This document shows positions 44,467 to 55,500 of a stretch of DNA of 64,000 nucleotides, one piece after another; position 1 is the first letter of the stretch, and each line of letters starts with the position of its first letter. Origin of the DNA: an uncultured Actinomycetes bacterium (GTDB lineage: Bacteria > Actinomycetota > Coriobacteriia > Anaerosomatales > CAWKMJ01); NCBI GenBank assembly GCA_963850695.1, contig CAWKMJ010000001.1:1022764-1086763 (forward strand), given 5' to 3'. Position numbers and translations under genes: made by a program. Under the pieces are notes generated by a model. The model had not been told where the DNA came from, ran no database searches, and saw only the letters and a program-made list of their open reading frames with translations.

Positions 44467-47331
44467 TCGGCGGCGGGCCCGTACCGCTCGGCGATCGTGT
44501 GGACCATCGACTCGGTGGGCAGGACCTCGATGTCTCTACGGGCAGCGAGTCGAGAACGTGCGCCCGTACGCCTCGTGAGCACCCGAGTGTCCGCGATGAT
44601 CAGGCATCCCGTGTCGGTGCTGGAGCGAATCAGGCGGCCGGCCGCCTGCTTGAGCTCAAGCACGGCCTGGGGCAGCGCGTACTTGGCCCACGCGGCCCGT
44701 CCCTCGCGGGCCTCGCGCTCCTCGGCCAGCGGGTCGCTCGGCCGCCGAAGGGGAGCCGGGGCACGATCACGCAGCGGAGCGTGTCGCCTTGGCATCGAAG
44801 CCCTCCCAGAAGGACTTGGTCGCGAAGAGCGAGAGGGTCGGCTCGGCGAGGAACTCGTCTCGCAGGCGCTTCGCCGAGACACCCCGCGACTGAACGATGA
44901 GCCCGATGCCCTCGGCGTCGAGTCCGGTTCGATCGCGCGATAGAGCGCATCCATGTCGCGGCGGTTGGTGAAGAGCGTGAGCGTGGAGCCGCCCATCGCG
45001 AGATGTGACTCCCGCGCAGGGAATCGAGTCGATCGCGCCATCCGTCCGGGCGCGGATCAGTGACGTCCTGGGGACAAACACCGCCATCTGCCGCTCAAGT
45101 CGTAGGAGGACTCCAGCCTCACCGAGCGCCAGAGCTCCGGCTCGAGCCGGTCGAGCCCCACACCGCGCGCAAAGTGCGAGAAGTCGTCACCTGTAGCGAT
45201 GTCGCGGACGTGAAGACGATCGCGTGGCGCGGGGGTAGAACTGCTCGAGCAGGTCTTCTCCCACGTCGAGCCGATAGGCCACAGCCGATCCGACGCTTCT
45301 CAGCGGTCCCGATTCAACCTCAGGGCGTACACAAACGCCTCGTCTTCGCCGTCGATCACGACTTGGAGACCCGCGGGCTGAAAGGCCACGGGAGAGCAAC
45401 CCCGCGAGGTCGGCGCGAACGTCAGTGGCGTCGGGGCCGACCTCCTCCAGACGCGTCACGACGTCCCTCCCGACCTCCAGGAGCCCCTGGAGCTGACGAG
45501 CCATTGACCGCCCGACGCCGGCGACCGTGCCCCACGTGCGGTCCCTCGATACTGTCGCCGATGCGAGCCTCACAGGTGTCATAGCCGGTCTCGGGGGTCT
45601 CGGTCGCCAACGTCCTTGCAGAAGTCGAAGAAGGATGACGAGCTCGAGCAGGTCTTCGCGGCCTCCTCGGCCACGGTGATGTTCTCAGCAGACCCGGGGA
45701 CTCCTCGGCGTGCTGAGCATCGATGGCTCGCCTGACGTTGCCAAGCGCCCCGCCCCTGATCGTGGCGATGGCCCCCAGCACCATGTCGAGCTCGACCTGG
45801 TCGCACTCGAGGGAGAGCTGGTCGCGCGCCTCGGCCTCGGCGCCGTGGGCCTCGTCGACGATCCAGTGGCGGATCGGTGGAAGGATGCTGCCCTCGGCCA
45901 CGAGGTCTCGGAAGAGCAGCGCGTGGTTGGTCACGACGATATGTGCGGAAGAGGCCTTGCGCCGAGCTCCGTCGACGTAGCAGAGATGCGGGTAGTAGCG
46001 GCACCGCTTGTGGGTGCAGTCCGCCGCTGAAGCCTGGATCTGGCTGCGCACGTCTCGCCGCCAGTGAACATTCACGAAGTCGAGGTCCCCCCACGAGCTC
46101 TGACCCACCCAGGTCAGCAGGGTCGCCAGGGTGACGATCACGCGCTCCTCGGCCTCCCTCGGGGTCCGCCGTGTAGCGATCGAGTTTGCGCAGACACGGG
46201 TAGTGGTCGTAGCCCTTGAGTGAGACGTAGCGCAGGTCGTCTCGAGCGGGCAAGCCGGCAGCTCCGCGTAGACGAGTGATCCATGAGTGAGTTGGTCTTC
46301 GTGGCCACGCCGACCGACACGCCGTTGACCATCGCGAAGCGCGCCGCAGGCACCAGGTAGGCCAGGGACTTGCCCACGCCCGTGCCTGCCTCGACGGCGA
46401 GATGGGTACTGTCGCGGAACGCGGCGGTCACCGCCGCGGCCATCTCGGCTTGCTCCGCGCGCCGCTCGAGCCCTCGTACATGCGCCCCGCAAGACCGGTG
46501 GCCTCGAACTCCGAGAGACCTCTTCGATCGGCGGACAGGAGCACACCATTCCGCCGCGTCGGCAAGCGCGTCGCCCTTCTCGAAGGCGACCCGGTACGCC
46601 GGAGATCCTTCGTGTCGTGAGCCGATGGGGGCGCGCGGCGGCGATGTGCGTGACGAGGGGGCGCAGGGGCCACGGGACTCCGGAACCAGCTCGGCGATCG
46701 CGTGTGCAGGCCGTGGGAAGGGCCTCCAGGCCCGCGAGGGTCACCCTCCACAGGTGCGCGAGTGCTTCGACATCATCGGCGGCCCGGTGCGCGGCGTGCA
46801 GGACCCGAACGCATCGGCGAGATCGCGCAGACGGTGAGCTCCGAAGCCGGCGGGAACGCGATGAGTGCGGCCTGCAGGGAATCGAGGCATGCGCTCCAGG
46901 TGAAGGCCATCTCCTCCTGCAAGTGTGCGGGAGAAAGGACCTGTCGAAGCCCACGTTGTGAGCGATCACGTCGCGCCCGTCCACGAACTCGATGAGATCG
47001 GGATACGGCCTTCTCGGCGCTGGGTGCACCCGTGGAGCTCATCGTCGGTGATACCCGTGTACGTTCGCCGATCTCGTGCGGGAGTGGTCGCCGGGATCGA
47101 CCAGTGTTGGACGAGGGGTGACCTCCAGTCCCTCGAGCACGGCCGCTGCGATCTCTATGATGCTGTCCCGCTCCGGGCTCGGGGTCGAATGCCGTGGTTT
47201 CGATGTCCACGACGACAACTGGGGCCTCGAATCCGTAGACGGCTTCGTGGGCGGCCTCGACACACGTCCGATAGGACGCGACGACGTCATCGTCGGTGCC
47301 CGGAACGATGAATCGGGTGAGGTCGGCGCAT
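44463..47331 (-). CDS. dinG: DinG-family ATP-dependent helicase with N-terminal DnaQ-like 3'-5' exonuclease domain, many frame breaks
   Basis: The exonuclease motifs are VVVDIETT and IAHNVGFDRSFL. The helicase motifs are AVEAGTGVGKSLAYLVPA, VVTNHALL and IVDEAH. The C-terminal part reads ALPQAVLELKQAAGRLIRSSTDTGCLIIADTRV. Confidence 0.8.
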
Positions 47332-47342
47332 TCCCCCCGCCA

Positions 47343-47364
47343 AGACTAGCACGCCGCCCTGACG
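47343..47364 (-). promoter_or_regulatory. RecA-NDp-like (PafBC-type) promoter motif upstream of dinG
   Basis: The minus strand reads CGTCAGGG-N8-TAGTCT. The published mycobacterial consensus is tGTCRgtg-N8-TAnnnT. The match is 6 of 8 in the upstream box, with exact spacing and a TAnnnT -10. It ends 11 nt before the dinG ATG. Confidence 0.35.
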
Positions 47365-47422
47365 GGCGGCGTGGGGGTCTAGCTCGCTATGAGGTGCGGC
47401 TGTGGTGCTGTGCAGGTGAGTG

Positions 47423-47998
47423 CTACATGCCGGCCATCTCGCGGGACTGCACGAGCCATGCACCGTCGTCGCCCTTGACGAGCGTCCATGGTCGGAGAAG
47501 TCCATCCCCTGGGCCTCCTGGTGACCGACGACAACGACCGTGTCGCCCTCCTCGACGGGAGGATCGACGGAGAAGCGGGTGATGCCGTAGCCCTCGAGCG
47601 TGCTGGCGAAACCAGCGGAGCCCCCATAGTAGGCCTGCGTGGCCGTGGGAAGCATGACATAGGCTTCATCGTATTCGCCGGCCGATGGAGAGCTCGTAGT
47701 ACTCGGTGACGAACGCCTCTGGTGTCATATCGGCTGGCACGACGGGTGCAGTCGCCGGATCAAAGTCCGCTCCTGCGGGTGCCACACCCGACGCGGCAGC
47801 ACCAGGGTCACCAGATGCGGCAGCGTTCGGATCCGTCGTCGCCGGCTGCTGCGTGGGCTGCGTCGTCGCGACGGGCCCGGAAGTGGAACTGCTGTTGCTC
47901 TGCTGGTAGATAATCACGCCGGCGATCGCCGCGAGCAACGCGGCGATGATCACCAGCAGGATGACCATCTGCTTCTGACTTTGAGTTGCATCGGACAT
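47423..47998 (-). CDS. Membrane-anchored protein of unknown function, frame breaks
   Basis: It starts MSDATQSQKQMVILLVIIAALLAAIAGVIIYQQ and has a T/P/A-rich linker. A globular tail follows (TPEAFVTEYYELS...GGSAGFASTLEGYGITRFSVDPPVEEGDTVVVVGHQEAQG). Confidence 0.4.
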
Positions 47999-48154
47999 GG
48001 AATAATCCTTTCATTCTGCTTGCCTGAACAGCGCAAATGCGCCCGCCTATCGTACGGCGGCATCGTGCAAGGCGCAAACGCGGCACTGCGTGGTCACTCA
48101 TCAAGCGAAAGGCGCGCCAGGAGTTCGGACTCGAGCCGGGCCGAGACAGCGCGA

Positions 48155-48180
48155 CACCGGCCCCGCAAGCGGGACCGGTG
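48155..48180 (-). terminator. GC-rich hairpin downstream of the DUF5684-like gene (possible terminator, no U tract)
   Basis: The sequence is CACCGG-C-CCCG-CAAG-CGGG-A-CCGGTG, lying 52 nt after the stop at 48232. Confidence 0.25.
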
Positions 48181-48231
48181 CCTGTCGAGCGAGACGCCGC
48201 GGCACGTAGCCGCGACGAAGCTATCCTTGGT

Positions 48232-48678
48232 CTAGTACTGCTGCCCTCCGGCCGGGGGTGCACCCTGAGCCGCTGCCGGGCCCACGTACTGTGCGTCGCC
48301 GAAGCCGAGGATCAGGTAGAAGATGAAGCCAAGCAGCCACAGGCCGATACCGAACCCCGTGCTCTTGCCGAACGAGGCTGCCACGTCGATGCTCACCATC
48401 GCCAGAACGACGATGTTCACGATCGGGACGAGAAGGAGCAGGACCCACCAGCCGGGACGCCCCGCGACCTCCATGAGAACCACGAGATTGTAGATCGGGA
48501 TCATTGCTGCCCACCCGGGCTTGCCAGCCTTCGTGTAGACCTTCCACATACCCGCGATATACAGGACGAATATCCCGATGTAGAAGAACCAGAAGCACCC
48601 CAGACTGAATAGTGCCCCTGTCGCATCTGCTGATTCCACAGAGCCACGCTCCTCCCGCATAGACAGCTTATGGTGCAA
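48232..48678 (-). CDS. DUF5684-like small membrane protein
   Basis: Intact ORF containing GMWKVYTKAGKPGWAAMIPIYNLVVLMEVAGRPGWWVLLLLVP...FGKSTGFGIGLWLLGFIFYLILGFGDAQY. The start could instead be the internal ATG at 48660. Confidence 0.6.
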   Translation of the reverse strand: MHHKLSMREERGSVESADATGALFSLGCFWFFYIGIFVLYIAGMWKVYTKAGKPGWAAMIPIYNLVVLMEVAGRPGWWVLLLLVPIVNIVVLAMVSIDVAASFGKSTGFGIGLWLLGFIFYLILGFGDAQYVGPAAAQGAPPAGGQQY

Positions 48679-48793
48679 GCATACCCCACTCCATGGTCAC
48701 GAAACGCTCTGTCTCCACCCAATGTGGGTGGTTGAAGAAGGAGCCTGCAGCGGGGAAGATGTCAGAGAACGCACCAGGCCGAAGGGGACACAG

Positions 48794-49246
48794 ATGACCA
48801 CGCTAGGCACGTTCATCCAGGAGAGCCCGTACCCGGGCAAGGAACTCAGCATGCAGGAGAACCAGCTCATCGTGGAGGACAGCGGTCCTGTGGCCGTAGA
48901 TCGCATCCGTGAGCTGGACACCGTGGGCCAGATCCAGTGGGTGAGCGAGGACATGCGTCGTCTGGCGTACTCGGTCGGTCAGCCGCCGGTCCAGGCGACC
49001 CCGCAGCCGGCCCCGGCGCCTCCGCAGGAGCCACCGTCCTCGTCGTCGTCATCGTTCCTTCCGACGATCCTCGCGATCGTCGCGATCCTCGCCGTGCTGG
49101 CCATCGCGTACTACGCGTTCTCGGCCATTACCGCCGACGACACGCAGGAGCAGACGCCCGCTACCGAATCAGCACCGGCGCCAGAGCCGGAAGCGCCGGA
49201 GCCTGAAGCGCCCGCACCGGAAGCGCCGTCTGACGAGACGACGTAG
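48794..49246 (+). CDS. Hypothetical protein with a C-terminal TM helix and a PEA-repeat tail
   Basis: Intact ORF starting MTTLGTFIQESPYPGKELSMQENQLIVEDSGPVAVDRIRELDTVGQIQWV. It has one TM helix (FLPTILAIVAILAVLAIAYYAF) and a PEPEAPEPEAPAPEAP tail. Confidence 0.45.
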   Translation: MTTLGTFIQESPYPGKELSMQENQLIVEDSGPVAVDRIRELDTVGQIQWVSEDMRRLAYSVGQPPVQATPQPAPAPPQEPPSSSSSSFLPTILAIVAILAVLAIAYYAFSAITADDTQEQTPATESAPAPEPEAPEPEAPAPEAPSDETT

Positions 49247-49271
49247 TGAGCTGGTGCGAGCGCGCTGCTCT

Positions 49272-49454
49272 CTAGCCCTTCCTGCCAAGCAGACAGCTCG
49301 TGCACGGCCCGTCACATGCCTGCACTTTGAGGGCGTTGCAGCGGGGGCATCGGATGCCCTCGGCGACAAGTCCGCATCGGGGGCACTCGGTGCGCCTCGA
49401 CGGCAGGCCACATGCCTGCTTCTGAGCGATGCCTGACGGGCGAGGCTCGGTCAT
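49272..49454 (-). CDS. Small Cys-rich (double CPRC zinc-ribbon-like) protein immediately after feoB
   Basis: The 60-aa intact ORF reads ...ECPRCGLVAEGIRCPRCNALKVQACDGPCTSC. Its ATG directly abuts the feoB TAG (TAGATG). Confidence 0.5.
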   Translation of the reverse strand: MTEPRPSGIAQKQACGLPSRRTECPRCGLVAEGIRCPRCNALKVQACDGPCTSCLLGRKG

Positions 49455-51304
49455 CTAGGCCACCCCCAGGGCACGGGCGAGGAGCCCTCCGACCAGGAAC
49501 GCGATGCCGAGGGAGCCAGCGAGAAGCCCCGCAGGTAGCCCCAGCCGCGCTCCTTGAGGATGACCATGACGCTCGCGATGCACGGCACGAACAGGGTGAT
49601 CGTCACCATCGCCACGAGGAGCTGCAGCGCGCGTCAGGGCCATCGGGAAGAAGCCGCCGCGCCGAAGTCGCGACGCACGAAGCCCATGACGAAGGCGGTC
49701 GCGGCCTCGGGGGCAGACCCAGCCAGCCCACGGTGAGCGGGGCGCCGCCTGCGTGATCCACGCGAGCGCGCCGGTGACGTCGAGCACCGAGATGAGGAGC
49801 GCCCCGGCGGCGAAGAAGAGCGTGACCTCCTTCATGAAGTGCCACACCTTCGTGGCGCGTCTTGCGCACCACGTTGTCGCGCGCGGGATGCGCAGCCTCG
49901 GCAGGTCGATGAGCAGGTCGGTGGTCGTCCCGGGCGTCATCCTCGCCAGCACGGTACCGATGACGATGAAGAGCCGAGGAGCACGGCGCCGTACAAGGCC
50001 GCGTAGCCGAGGCCCACGCCCGCCATCAGCGCGGCGATGACGGCGATCTGGGCCGAGCAGGGCACCGCGATGGCCATGAGCGCCGTGGCGATGATGCGCT
50101 CGCGGCGACTGCCGAGGATGCGGGTGGTCAGCGTTCCCATCGTCACGCAGCCGAGCCCGAGGATGAGCGGGATGACGGCGCGGCCGTTGAGTCCGATCGC
50201 GGTGAGCGACCGGTCAGTCAGCGCAGCGATCCGCGGCAGGTAGCCGGAGTCCTCGAGCAAGGACATGAGGAGGTAGAAGCCGGCCACGAGCGGCAGGATG
50301 ACGCCGATGAGGTAGGTCGGCGTCATGGTGAGCACGCCGAACTCGCCCGCGAGGATCGCGTAGAGCGGCGCTCGCGCGGGAAGAACGGAGCCGACGACTC
50401 CCTCGACGAACGGCACCCAGTAGCCGAGCATGAGGCCCTCTTCCAGGAAGCCCACGAGACCGCCGGCGATCCACACGCCCAGGACGACGTACATCCCCTA
50501 GAGCAGCACCAGCAGCATCGGGACGCCGGTCAGCGGATGCATCATCGCGTGGCTGAGCTTGGCCGAGAACGACGCGCCCTGGGTGGTCTCCGTGAGCACG
50601 TGGCCGACGATGTCGTCGACGCGCATCGCGGCGATGCACGTAGATCTCGTCGCGCAGCGTGCCCGGCTCGATGCCGTGCCGCTCCGCGACGATCGGGTCG
50701 CCCTCGAGCACCAGCAGCGCCTCGGCCCGCGTCCCCGTCCTGGCCGCCATCTCACGAGCTCCGGCTCGACATGGAAGTCCGCGTGCCCGACCCGAGCGCG
50801 CATCGATGGAGCCATGAGCTCGGAGATGCCCTGACCCTTGGTCGCCACGGTCTCGACGACGGGCACGCCGAGCAGGTCGTCGAGGAGGTCGCTGTCGATG
50901 GCCACGCCTTGCTGGCGGGCCTCGTCGGTCATGTTGAGCGCGACGACCATGGGCTTGCCCATGTCGATGAGCTGCAGCGTGAGGAAGAGGTCGCGCTCGA
51001 GGTGGACGGCGTCCACGACGTTGACGACGACGTCGGCGTCCATGATGACGTCGCGGGCGACCGACTCCTCATCGTTGAAGGAGGAGACGCCGTAGACGCC
51101 GGGCGTGTCGATGAGATCGCGCCCGCCGAGCTGCGCCCCGCGTGAGCTCGACGGTCGTTCCCGGGAAGTTCGAGACATCGACGTAGACGCCGGTCAGCGC
51201 GTTGAAGACCACCGACTTGCCTACGTTGGGGTTGCCTGCCAGGACGACCGTCCGTATCTCCGTGCGGCCGGAGCTCTGATCGGCTCCTGGGTGAGCGTGC
51301 TCAT
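49455..51304 (-). CDS. feoB: Ferrous iron transporter FeoB, at least four frame breaks
   Basis: The G domain reads [28 protein letters not shown] and [10 protein letters not shown]. The polytopic permease part reads [16 protein letters not shown], among other segments. Confidence 0.85.
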
Positions 51305-51672
51305 GACGCTGCGTCGTGCGAGGGCGCCTCATCGCGGATGACATGAATGCGCTGGGCGAGTCGCCTGCCGACCGCTATCTCCTGACGACCGCTCTTGAGG
51401 ACGACGGGGCCGGCCGGGATGCATGTCACGCACGCCACTCGCGAGCCCTCGCCCATGCCGAATCGCAGGGCATGAACGCGGGCTGTCTCGTCATCGATGC
51501 AGGAGACTTCAACGCTCTCGCCGCCTCGCAGACAATCGAGCGTGCACTCGCCGTGACGCGCGCATGCGCGCCCTCGACCGAGCCCTCGGCCTGCGCCATG
51601 GCGGTGTGCGAATCCGCGACCCCAGCCGCGAGGCCAACGGCCCCGCGTGCCTGTGTGATCCATTCTCGCCAT
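51301..51672 (-). CDS. feoA: FeoA-domain protein, frame break, start uncertain (51599 or 51672)
   Basis: The SH3-like FeoA core reads [67 protein letters not shown]. Its TGA overlaps the feoB ATG. Confidence 0.7.
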   Translation of the reverse strand: MARMDHTGTRGRWPRGWGRGFAHRHGAGRGLGRGRACARHGECTLDCLRGGESVEVSCIDDETARVHALRFGMGEGSRVACVTCIPAGPVVLKSGRQEIAVGRRLAQRIHVIRDEAPSHDAAS

Positions 51673-51889
51673 CGGCGGACTCCTTGCCAGAGATTTAGCT
51701 TCTACTAAGCCTTTCGCATCGCACATGCTACTCGGTCGTAGCATCTCTGTCAACGAACCCTTGTCAGGGCGCCCGTGAAGCCGCCGTGCGGTCACTGCAT
51801 GCCGCCCTCCACCCGCTCGGACGGTCCCGGGACGATCCGCGTCGGTGAGTTCTTGACCCGCATGGCGCGCATGTAGGGTAGGATGGCAG

Positions 51890-51993
51890 CTTGAAGGGGA
51901 GTAGCTGTCCGGCTTCGGAGCCGGGAGGCAGACCGTCATCACGGGCCACGGGCCCCGGTGCTGCCGCGACACCTCGCGTGCAAGACCTTCGAA
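51890..51993 (+). promoter_or_regulatory. yybP-ykoY (Mn2+) riboswitch aptamer in the leader of the P-type ATPase
   Basis: The 5' arm is CUUGAAGGGGAGUAGC and the 3' arm is GCAAGACCUUCGAA, with P1 pairing UUGAAGG/CCUUCGAA. A UNCG-capped hairpin (CCGGCU-UCGG-AGCCGG) and a central ACCGUCAUC block are present. These match the conserved GGGGAGUAG, CGUCA and AGCAAGACC blocks of the family. Confidence 0.8.
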
Positions 51994-52029
51994 CGGCTGT
52001 GGCGACGCTCCGGGAGCCGGGAGGCGCAC

Positions 52030-54761
52030 GTGACATCAGAACAGCTACTGTCCCGATCGGCGCAGACGCGTACATGCAGGACGCCGAATCCGTTCTCGCT
52101 GCGCTGCAGACCACCCCCTCGGGGCTCTCGACCGCCGAGGCCGCGCGCGCCTCGAGCAGTACGGCCCAACTCGCTGCCCGAGGGCACGCAGCGCTCGCTT
52201 GCGTCGATGGTCCTCGACCAGTTCAAGGACTTCCTGATCGGCCTGCTCATCGTTGCGGCTGTCATCTCCGGTCTCCTCGGCGAGGTGGCCGACACGATAG
52301 CCATCATCGTCATCGTCGTCCTCAACGCGGTCATCGGTGTGGTGCAGGAGTACCGCGCACAGAAGGCGATGGAGGCCCTCAAGAAGATGGCCGCCATCAC
52401 CGCGACAGTGCGGCGTGACGGCGAGGTCATCGAGATCCCCGCAGACAGCTCGCGCTCGGCGACATCGTCCTGCTCGATGCAGGTCGCTCGGTGCCCGCCG
52501 ACCTGCGGCTCATCGAGGCGGCGCAACTGCGTGCCGCCGAGGCAGCGCTGACGGGCGAATCGCTTCCGGTGGACAAAGACACCGAGCGCTGTCGAGGCAA
52601 GGACGTCCCGCTCGGCGACCGAACCGACATGGCGTACCGAGGGACGCAGATCGTCGCCGGCCGAGGCGTCGGCGTCGTCGCCGCCGATCGGACTCGAAAC
52701 GGAACTCGGCAAGATCGCCGACCTCCTCGACGAGACCGAGGAGACCAAGACGCCGCTGCAGAAGCGGCTGGCCCAGTTCGGCAAGCAGCTGACATACGCG
52801 GCGGTCGCGCTCGTGGTCCTCGTGTTCGTCGTTGGAATTCTGCGAGGCGAGGACGTGCTCGTCATGTTCCTCACGGCGGTCAGTCTCGCCGTGGCCGCAG
52901 TGCCGGAGGCCCTGCCGGCCGTCGCAACGGTCACGCTCGCGATCGGCGCCCGCAAGCTCGTCAAGACCCACGCGCTCGTGCGGCGGCTGCCCGCCGTCGA
53001 GACACTGGGCTCGACCACATTCATATGCACCGACAAGACCGGCACACTCACCCTCAACCGCATGACGGTCGAGCACCTGGCGGTCGCAGGCGAGGCGCGA
53101 GGACGCCCTGCCGGACACGATCGCCGCCGGCGCGGCAGCGCATGGAGCTGGATGGCCCAGGCGATGGCGCTCTCCAACGATGTCGAGGGCGCACCCGGAA
53201 ACGAGCTCGTGGGCGACCCCACAGAGATCGCACTCGTCGAGGCGGTCGACGCTCTCGCTCGGTCGACCGTCTCGAGCTCGAGACGGCCATGCCACGCGCG
53301 GCCGAGGTGCCCTTCGACTCCGACCGCAAGCTCATGACGACGGTCCACGCCGGGGCGAGCGGCGGCTACGTCTCGTTCACCAAGGGCGCTGCCGAGCAGG
53401 TGCTCGAACGCTCGCCGCGATGCTGGCGCCGACGGCTCGGCGGATCCCACTCGACAGCGACAGCACGTCCTCGACACCGTCGAGGAGTGGTCCTCGGAGG
53501 GGCTGCGCGTGCTGGCCTTCGGCATGCGTCGTCTCGACTCGCGTCGCAGCGATCGAGGACGCCGACGAGCTCGAGAACGACCTCGACATTCGTCGGCCTC
53601 GTCGGTCTCATGGATCCGCCGCGGCCCGAGGCCGCCGACGCGGTCGAGACCTGCAAGCGCGCGGGAATCGTACCCGTCATGATCACCGGCGATCACCCGG
53701 CGACCGCACTCGCGATCGCAGCTCGGCTCGGCATCGCGGACGGCGAGGACGAGCTCATGACCGGCGCCGAGCTCGACGCAGCTCGACGCTCGAGGACGTT
53801 CGAGCAGCACGTCGAGGACATCCGCGTCTACGCCCGCGTCGCGCCCGAGCAGAAGCTCAAGATCGTCCAGGCGCTGCAGGACAAGGGCGAGTTCGTGGCG
53901 ATGACCGGCGACGGCGTGAACGATGCGCCGGCGCTGGCCAGGCCGACATCGGCATCTCGATGGGCATCACCGGCACCGATGTGGCCAAGGAAGCCTCGGA
54001 CATGATCCTGACCGACGACAACTTCGCCTCGATCGTGCTGTCGGTGCGCGAGGGTCGGCGCATCTTCGACAACATCCGCAAGTTCATCAAGTACACGATG
54101 TCGAGCAACTCCGGTGAGATCTGGACGATCCTGCTCGCGCCCGCTCTTCGGGCTGCCGATCCCGCTGCTGCCGATCCACATCCTCTGGATCAACCTCGTC
54201 ACCGACGGGCTGCCCGGTCTGGCGCTTGCCGCCGAGCCGCACGAGAAGGGCATCATGGAGCGCCCGCCGCGGCCGCCCAAGGAGAGCATCTTCGCCGACG
54301 GCTCGGCTACTTCATCGTCTGGGTCGGGCCTGGCCATGGGTGCCGCCACACTCGTCACGCAGGCGCTCGCGATCGCGGGCGACGGGCCCACTGGCAGACG
54401 ATGGTCTTCACGGTCCTGTGCTTCGCCCAGATGGGCAACGCGCTGGCCGTGCGCTCCGACCGCGAGTCGCTCTTCAAGCAGGGGCTGCTGTCGAACACGC
54501 CGCTTCTCGGCGCCGTGCTGCTCACCGTGCTCTGCAGCTGGCGATCATCTACGTCCCGTTCCTGCAGCCCATCTTCAAGACCGAGGCGCTCAGCGCCGGC
54601 GAGTTGGCTCGCCGCCGTCATCGTGTCGAGTACGGTGTTCTGGCTCGTCGAGATCGAGAAGTGGGTCAAGCGGCGCCGGGACGCCGTCGGTGAAACGGCT
54701 GCAAGCGATGCGGGCATTGGAAAACCGCATGAGCGAACGCACGGGACATGCGCACTCCTGA
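52030..54761 (+). CDS. Cation-transporting P-type ATPase (P2/Ca2+-Mn2+ type), many frame breaks
   Basis: It contains [44 protein letters not shown] and [13 protein letters not shown]. The GTG at 52030 follows GGGAGG, with an alternative ATG at 52074. The 3' end is approximate. Confidence 0.8.
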
Positions 54762-55466
54762 CGGGTCGTGCGGCCCCTCTGTCGAGAACGGGTCGGGCGG
54801 AGCTGACCCCCGAGGAGACGACATGCTCTCATCGCGCACGAGCTCAGAGCGCCCCTGACGGTGATCAAGGGCTACCTCGACATCCTGCACCGCCCGCTGG
54901 ACGAGGAGTCGAAGCTGGCCGCGCTAGCTGCCGCCAAACATGCGGCAGACCGTCTCGACACCATGCTCGACGATCTGCTGGCCACATCGGGCGATGAGCG
55001 GGTGTTCGCGCCCAGACGCCTCGAACCGGTGAGCCTGCGCGAGCTGGCCCAGGAGGTCGTCGATGAGCTGCTGCCCCTCTACGACCATCTCGTCGACGTC
55101 GTCGGAGACCCGGGAGTCGTCACGTGCGACGCTAGCCTCCTCCACCAGGCGCTCTGCAACCTCGTCGGCAACGCGCTCAAGCACACGCCTGCCAGCGGCA
55201 CGAGTGAGCATACGGGTGGAGGACGAATCCTCGCACGTGGTCCTTTTCGTCGAAGACGACGGTCCCGGCGTGCTGCCGGAGGATCGCGAGCGCGTCTTCG
55301 AGCTCTTCGCTCGCCTCGGCACGCCGGGCGAGATGCCGGAAGGCCTCGGGCTCGGACTGCCTGTCGCACGGACGATCGTGGAGCAGCACGGCGGCACCTT
55401 GGCTCTCACCGAACGCGTGCGAAGGCACGCGGCGCGTGCTTCGAGATGAGACTGCCGCGGCGCTGA
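54748..55466 (+). CDS. Short soluble sensor histidine kinase (HisKA + HATPase_c only), frame breaks
   Basis: The H box is [17 protein letters not shown], the N box is [13 protein letters not shown], and the G boxes are VEDDGPGV and [19 protein letters not shown] saw no TM segment or sensor domain. Confidence 0.65.
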
Positions 55467-55500
55467 GCGCGGAATGCTGCGGTGCCGGGTCTGCGAGCGA

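Noticed and set aside
47351-47374. A perfect 10-bp hairpin, CACGCCGCCC-N4-GGGCGGCGTG, considered as an intrinsic terminator of the upstream gene
   Set aside because: It has no U tract on either strand and it overlaps the RecA-NDp-like box, so its role is ambiguous and I did not call it a terminator.
51939-53810. A 623-aa ORF on the minus strand
   Set aside because: It runs antisense to the P-type ATPase, whose DKTGT, TGES and GDGVNDAP motifs are unambiguous. Its sequence is R/A/S/P-rich with no motifs, which is the typical stop-poor antisense frame of high-GC DNA.
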